The translations under genes and the position numbers were made by a program. A stretch of 64,000 bases of DNA. Source: an uncultured Elusimicrobia bacterium (GTDB taxonomy: Bacteria > Elusimicrobiota > Elusimicrobia > Elusimicrobiales > UBA9959). The stretch is from contig CAIRNJ010000013.1 in NCBI GenBank assembly GCA_903879915.1, positions 833 through 64,832 on the forward strand. Reading direction: 5' to 3'. Of this stretch, positions 59,590 through 64,000 are shown piece by piece. Position 1 is the first letter of the stretch. Each line of letters begins with the position of its first letter. The notes under the pieces were generated by a model that saw only the letters and a program-made list of their open reading frames with translations, had not been told where the DNA came from and made no database searches.

Positions 59590-59755
59590 TTTTTTCTCCG
59601 GCTTTAAGGCCTTATTTTTATGCACGCTTATTTTAGCATAAAGCGACGCTTTGCCGGGCCGCGGCGGCCGGCGGCCCGGCATTGCGGGGCCGCGTCTGAC
59701 GGTAAAAAATAGTAAAATATAATTATAGGTGCGTTTCTCAATTTTAAGGAGTTCG

Positions 59756-62146
59756 ATGAAAACCGCGACACTGTTTGCCCCCCTGCTGCTGTGCCTTTCC
59801 CTTTCAGGTTTTTCCTACGCCGCCGACCTGCCGGCCGCCGTTCCCGCCGCCGCCCTGCCCTCCCTGCCCGCTGAAGCGGCCGGGACCGCGGGCCGGGGCC
59901 CGTGGGAAGTGGCCGCGACCGCGGTGAAAGGCAACCTCAACGTTAAGGCGAAGGTCATACTTAAGACCGGCAAAGCGAAAACCGGCCGGCTCTACGAGCA
60001 GTCTTTCATCGCCCAGGACATAGAGGCCATCCTGGGCCTGGGCAGCGTGGACAAAGTGTCGGTGGAGCTGGAGGAAATAGAGGGCGGGGCGGTATCGAAG
60101 AAGCTGGCCGCGGTGGCGGGCTCCACCCTGCCGGTGCGCGTCACCTACGCGGTGACCGAGAAACCGATGATAAAGACCGTGACCGTGGCCGGCGCCAAGG
60201 AGCTTTCCAAGACCGCCGTCAAAGACGAAATGACCCTCAAGGAGAAGGATTTTTTCGACGAGCTGAAGATCCGCGAGGACATCGTGAAGATAGCCGACAA
60301 GTACCATGAGAAAGGCTACATAGACGCCGCCGCCAGCTACGAGACGCGCTTCGACACCGCCGCGGCGCTGTGCTACCTGACCGTGCGCGTGACCGAAGGC
60401 AAAAAAGCGAAGGTGGCGGCGGTGGAACTGCCGGGCGCGGCCGGCTTCCCGGTAAAAAAACTGGTGGGCAAGCTGAAGAACCGCCCGAAAAAGATCTACG
60501 CCCCCAAAGAGCTGGACGCGGACATCAAGGCGCTGGAAACCTTCTACAAGAACAACGGCTACGCCGATTTCAAGGTAACGGGGTCCTCGGCCTCCTTTAA
60601 CGAGAACCGCTCCAGCGTGACGCTGCGCCTGACGCTCTCCGAAGGCCGGCGCCAGCGCTTCGGCGCCACCTATTTCTCCGGCAACACCATCTACCTGCCC
60701 AGCGAATTCACGGCCGATATAGCTTACCGCCGCGGGAAGCTGTTCAACCAGGAGCGCTTCGACGACACGCTGCGCGCCATACAGGACCGCTACGCGGACA
60801 AGGGCTACCTCAGGGCCGCCATAACCCCGCAGCCCGAGGTCAATGAAAAGACCGGCGAGACGGATTACACTTTCACCATCGTGGAGAACAACCCCATTTA
60901 CGTGGACCACGTGGACGTGGAAGGCAACAAGGCCACCAAGACCTACGTGCTGCGCCGCGAAGTGGTGCAGAAGGAGGGAGAGGTCTTCAGCTCCTCCAAG
61001 GTGCGCCGCAGCCAGGAAAAGCTCCTCAACCTCGGCTTCATCGACGAGGCGAACCCCGTGATAAACCCCACTCCCGACCCCGACAAGGTGGACCTGATCT
61101 TCGACATCTCCGAAGGCAAGCCGGGCATGCTCACGGCCGGCGCCGGCATCTCCTCCACCGACGGGCTGGTGGGCACCGTGGCGCTGTCGCACATGAACCT
61201 GTTCGGCAGGGCGCAGCGCACGTCGCTGTCCTGGAACTTCGGCAAGAAGGTGCAGGACTACTACCTGAGCTGGTCCACCCCGTGGGTAGGCGGCTCCCCT
61301 ACCACGCTGGGAGCGGACGTCTTCAATACGCGCCATTACAAGCCGTACCGCGACACGCTGTCCGCCTACACCGAGCGCCGCACCGGCGGCAAGGTCACGG
61401 TGGCGCCGCGCTTCTCCGACGATAAATATCACCTCACTACCACCTACACCTACGAGAAGGTCAAGATCTCCGAGGTGGACGCCGTCTACCTCAACGAGCT
61501 CACCCCCGGCACCAGCGTCACCTCCTCGCTGTACGTCGAGATCGCCCGCGACACGCGCGACAACGTCTGGGACCCCACCCGCGGCTGCAGGACCTCGCTG
61601 GGCGTGGATTACGCCGGCGGGCTGCTGGGCGGGCAGGTGAATTATTACAAGCCTACGCTCTCCCACAGCTATAACCTGAAGCTGTTCTCCATAGACGACT
61701 ATCCGTTCGTGATGGCCATCAGCAACAGGCTCGGCTTCGCGGGGCGCTTCGGCTCCACGAAGACGGTGCCGGTGTATGAGCGCTATTTCCTGGGCGGCGC
61801 GGAGACCGTGCGCGGCTACGCGAACAACGGCCAGATAGGCCCCCTCAACGGCGGCAAGGTCTACGACGTGATGAACCTGGAGTTTAAGTTCCCGCTGGCC
61901 AGGGAACGGCGCCGGACCATAGTGCAGTGGGCTTTCTTTTTCGACATCGGGAACTCCTGGAACGGGTTCGACGACGTCTCCGGGCGCTTCGGCACGGGGG
62001 TCACGAACCTGAAAGCGGGCGCGGGCTTCGGCATACGGTTCACCACGCCGGCCTTCCCCATACGGCTGGACTGGGGATACGGCTTCAACCACAAGCCCGG
62101 CGAGCAGCGGTCGGACATTTACTTCACGCTGGGGAACCTGTTCTAA
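59756..62146 (+). CDS. bamA: outer membrane protein assembly factor BamA
   Basis: 796 aa from ATG 59756 (AAGGAG upstream); signal peptide; POTRA-type repeats; C-terminal barrel with VRGY and ...DIYFTLGNLF terminus. Confidence 0.85.
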   Translation: MKTATLFAPLLLCLSLSGFSYAADLPAAVPAAALPSLPAEAAGTAGRGPWEVAATAVKGNLNVKAKVILKTGKAKTGRLYEQSFIAQDIEAILGLGSVDKVSVELEEIEGGAVSKKLAAVAGSTLPVRVTYAVTEKPMIKTVTVAGAKELSKTAVKDEMTLKEKDFFDELKIREDIVKIADKYHEKGYIDAAASYETRFDTAAALCYLTVRVTEGKKAKVAAVELPGAAGFPVKKLVGKLKNRPKKIYAPKELDADIKALETFYKNNGYADFKVTGSSASFNENRSSVTLRLTLSEGRRQRFGATYFSGNTIYLPSEFTADIAYRRGKLFNQERFDDTLRAIQDRYADKGYLRAAITPQPEVNEKTGETDYTFTIVENNPIYVDHVDVEGNKATKTYVLRREVVQKEGEVFSSSKVRRSQEKLLNLGFIDEANPVINPTPDPDKVDLIFDISEGKPGMLTAGAGISSTDGLVGTVALSHMNLFGRAQRTSLSWNFGKKVQDYYLSWSTPWVGGSPTTLGADVFNTRHYKPYRDTLSAYTERRTGGKVTVAPRFSDDKYHLTTTYTYEKVKISEVDAVYLNELTPGTSVTSSLYVEIARDTRDNVWDPTRGCRTSLGVDYAGGLLGGQVNYYKPTLSHSYNLKLFSIDDYPFVMAISNRLGFAGRFGSTKTVPVYERYFLGGAETVRGYANNGQIGPLNGGKVYDVMNLEFKFPLARERRRTIVQWAFFFDIGNSWNGFDDVSGRFGTGVTNLKAGAGFGIRFTTPAFPIRLDWGYGFNHKPGEQRSDIYFTLGNLF

Positions 62147-62218
62147 AGAACGGCCGGGGCGGGAGTCGGGGATCGAGGATCGGAAATCGGGCAGGAACAG
62201 GAAGATGAAAGGCAATTT

Positions 62219-63055
62219 ATGAAGAAGATAATTTTTCTCGCACTTTTGGCGGCCCTGCCGCCCGGAGCCGGGGCGCTGGAGCTGCTGCTGGAAGACAACC
62301 GCGGCGAGTCGGGCACCATAGGCTACGTGGACATCGACAAGGTTTTTAAGGAATACTCCGGCACCTCCGGCGCGCGGGACCAGTTCATTGCCGAGATCAA
62401 GAAAAAAGAAAGCGAGGCCGCGGCCCTGAAGACCGGGATCTACACGCTCAAAGCGGAACTGGACAAGCTGCGCCAGGAGCGCGAATTCGCGCTGACGCTC
62501 CCGTCGCTGATGGAAACGCGCAAAAGCGTGGCTGACGCTGCCGCAGCGGCCGCGGAGCCCCCCGCGCAGCCTGCCGCGCAGCAGCCCCCCCCCGACGCCC
62601 AGGTTTCCACCGCCGCGGCACAGCAAGCCGGCGCCGCCCCGCAGGCCCCCGCCCCCGCGGCACAGGTCCCGGCCCCTGCCCCCGCCGCCGCGCCGGCCCG
62701 GAGGCTTGACACCATAGATCTGCCCGGAGTGGGCGCGGTGCCGCTGCCGAATTTTAAATTCTCCGTTTCCACTTCGGTGCCGGAAATAGACGCCGCCATC
62801 GCTAAAAAGGAAAGCGACCTCAAACAAAGCGAGGACTACCTGCGCGTGTTCCAGCGCCAGGCCGAACGCGAGCTGCTGGACTACGAAAGCCGCAAGAACG
62901 AGGCGCTGCTGGGCAAGATCTACGTAGCGCTCAAAGAACTCGCGCAGAAAGAAGAGGTCAGCGTGGTGGTGGACAAGCGCAACATCCTGTTCGGCCAGAG
63001 CGCGGTGGACCTTACGGACAAACTCCTGGAAAAGCTCGAGGATAACGGACTATGA
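62219..63055 (+). CDS. skp: OmpH/Skp-family periplasmic chaperone with Ala/Pro/Gln-rich insertion
   Basis: 278 aa; signal peptide; [14 protein letters not shown] start typical of Skp; coiled-coil-like arms; position between bamA and lpxD. Confidence 0.65.
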   Translation: MKKIIFLALLAALPPGAGALELLLEDNRGESGTIGYVDIDKVFKEYSGTSGARDQFIAEIKKKESEAAALKTGIYTLKAELDKLRQEREFALTLPSLMETRKSVADAAAAAAEPPAQPAAQQPPPDAQVSTAAAQQAGAAPQAPAPAAQVPAPAPAAAPARRLDTIDLPGVGAVPLPNFKFSVSTSVPEIDAAIAKKESDLKQSEDYLRVFQRQAERELLDYESRKNEALLGKIYVALKELAQKEEVSVVVDKRNILFGQSAVDLTDKLLEKLEDNGL

Positions 63056-64000
63056 ACCTTACAGCCGCCGATATAGCGCGTCTGGCCGCGGGAACGCTGC
63101 GCGGCGACGCCGGAGCGCGGATCACCGGCGCCGCGCCGCTAGAAGCCGCCGGCCCCGGGGACCTTTCTTTCCTGGCCGACGCAGCCATGGCCGCGGCGGC
63201 CGCCGCCTCGAAGGCGGGCTGCCTGCTGGCCCCGGCCGGCGCCGAAGCGCAGCTTAAAGATTTCGCCGGCACCGTAGTTTTCACTAAGAACCCCAGGTAT
63301 GTTTTCATGCTGGCGCTGCGGCTGGTGGAAAAAGAAGCCCGCCCGCTGCCCGCTCCGGGCATCCATCCTTCAGCCTTCGTTTCGCCTGCGGCCGCGCCGG
63401 GCGCCAGCGTGCACGTAGGCGCTTTCGCGGTGATAGAGGAAGGCGCCGTGCTGGGAGACTGGTCCGTTATAGGGGCGCAGTGCTACGTGGGCCGCAACGC
63501 CAAAGTAGGCGCCCGCTCGCGCCTGTACCCGGGCGTAAAGCTGCTGGACGGCTGCGAGGTGGGGCACGACGCTATCCTGCACGCCGGGGCGGTGATAGGC
63601 TCCGACGGCTACGGCTATGTTTCGCCGGAAGGCCGCCACGAAAAAATACCGCAGCTGGGCAAGGTCATAGTGGAGGACGGAGTGGAGATAGGCGCCAACA
63701 CCACCATAGACCGCGCCGCGCTGCAGACCACGGTGATAGGCGCCGGCACCAAGATAGATAATCTAGTGCACATAGCGCACAACGTCCGCGTAGGCAGGAA
63801 CTGCCTTATAATGGCGCAGGCGGCAATAGCCGGCTCCACCGTAATAGGCGACAACGTGATAGTAGCCGGGCAGGCCGGCATCTCGGACCACCTGACCGTG
63901 GGGAACAATACCGTCATCATGGGCAAGACCGGCGTGATGAGCAGCCTGGGGCCGAACGAACTGGTGTTCGGCCATTTCGCCAGGCCGCGCCTGCAGACGC
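63052..64000 (+). CDS. lpxD: UDP-3-O-acylglucosamine N-acyltransferase LpxD (3'-truncated by window end)
   Basis: My own translation from ATG 63052 (ATGA overlap with skp stop): [43 protein letters not shown]..., followed by hexapeptide repeats (IHPSAFVSP...[15 protein letters not shown]...); open to the end of the window. Confidence 0.8.
   Translation, partial: MNLTAADIARLAAGTLRGDAGARITGAAPLEAAGPGDLSFLADAAMAAAAAASKAGCLLAPAGAEAQLKDFAGTVVFTKNPRYVFMLALRLVEKEARPLPAPGIHPSAFVSPAAAPGASVHVGAFAVIEEGAVLGDWSVIGAQCYVGRNAKVGARSRLYPGVKLLDGCEVGHDAILHAGAVIGSDGYGYVSPEGRHEKIPQLGKVIVEDGVEIGANTTIDRAALQTTVIGAGTKIDNLVHIAHNVRVGRNCLIMAQAAIAGSTVIGDNVIVAGQAGISDHLTVGNNTVIMGKTGVMSSLGPNELVFGHFARPRLQT

Noticed and set aside
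59804-62827. 1007-aa minus-strand ORF, the longest in the track
   Set aside because: It lies entirely antisense to the well-supported bamA and skp genes. Its Arg/Gly/Ala/Val/His-rich composition is typical of high-GC shadow frames, and it has no motifs.
1-64000. Search by eye for rRNA, tRNA (T-loop GGTTCGAA-like motifs), CRISPR arrays, integrase/att sites and nitrogenase-like genes
   Set aside because: None was found. The lower-GC intergenic stretches (3600-4230, 5000-5215, 6253-6463, 7432-7740) contain hairpins but nothing matching tRNA or known riboswitch signatures that I can recognise without tools.

Overview
High-GC (roughly 65-70% by eye), densely coding segment from a diderm bacterium (BamA-Skp-LpxD at the 3' end), with most genes on the minus strand. 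The left 15 kb holds exported hypothetical proteins and a small lower-GC island. The island carries an MNT/HEPN pair and a decayed IS91-family transposase, and is bounded by a duplicated, internally deleted copy of the 3' end of the neighbouring hybrid histidine kinase. A DsbD/TlpA thiol-redox pair and a YgeW/YgeY pair follow. The core (about 15.6-55.2 kb) is a radical-SAM (rSAM) super-cluster with 20 CxxxCxxC-motif genes in about 39 kb. These are seven B12-domain class-B enzymes (six in one translationally coupled tandem array), three HxsB-like N-extended SPASM maturases, six paralogues of a short HxsC-like enzyme with a shared C-terminal Cys tail, three anSME-like enzymes and one HemN-like enzyme. 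Interleaved with them are a His-Xaa-Ser repeat peptide (10 x S-H-x), two HxsD-like proteins, a Cys-rich exported protein, an A24 prepilin-peptidase-like membrane protein, a DUF71/Dph6-like PP-loop ATPase, a U32 (UbiU/UbiV-like) pair, a membrane polyferredoxin and a glycosylation sub-cluster. I read this as an expanded, uncharacterised Hxs-type peptide (or cofactor/lipid) maturation system. All family calls rest on motifs read by eye, not on searches. No rRNA, tRNA or CRISPR array was seen. Many long ORFs in the track are antisense shadows typical of high-GC DNA and were discarded.
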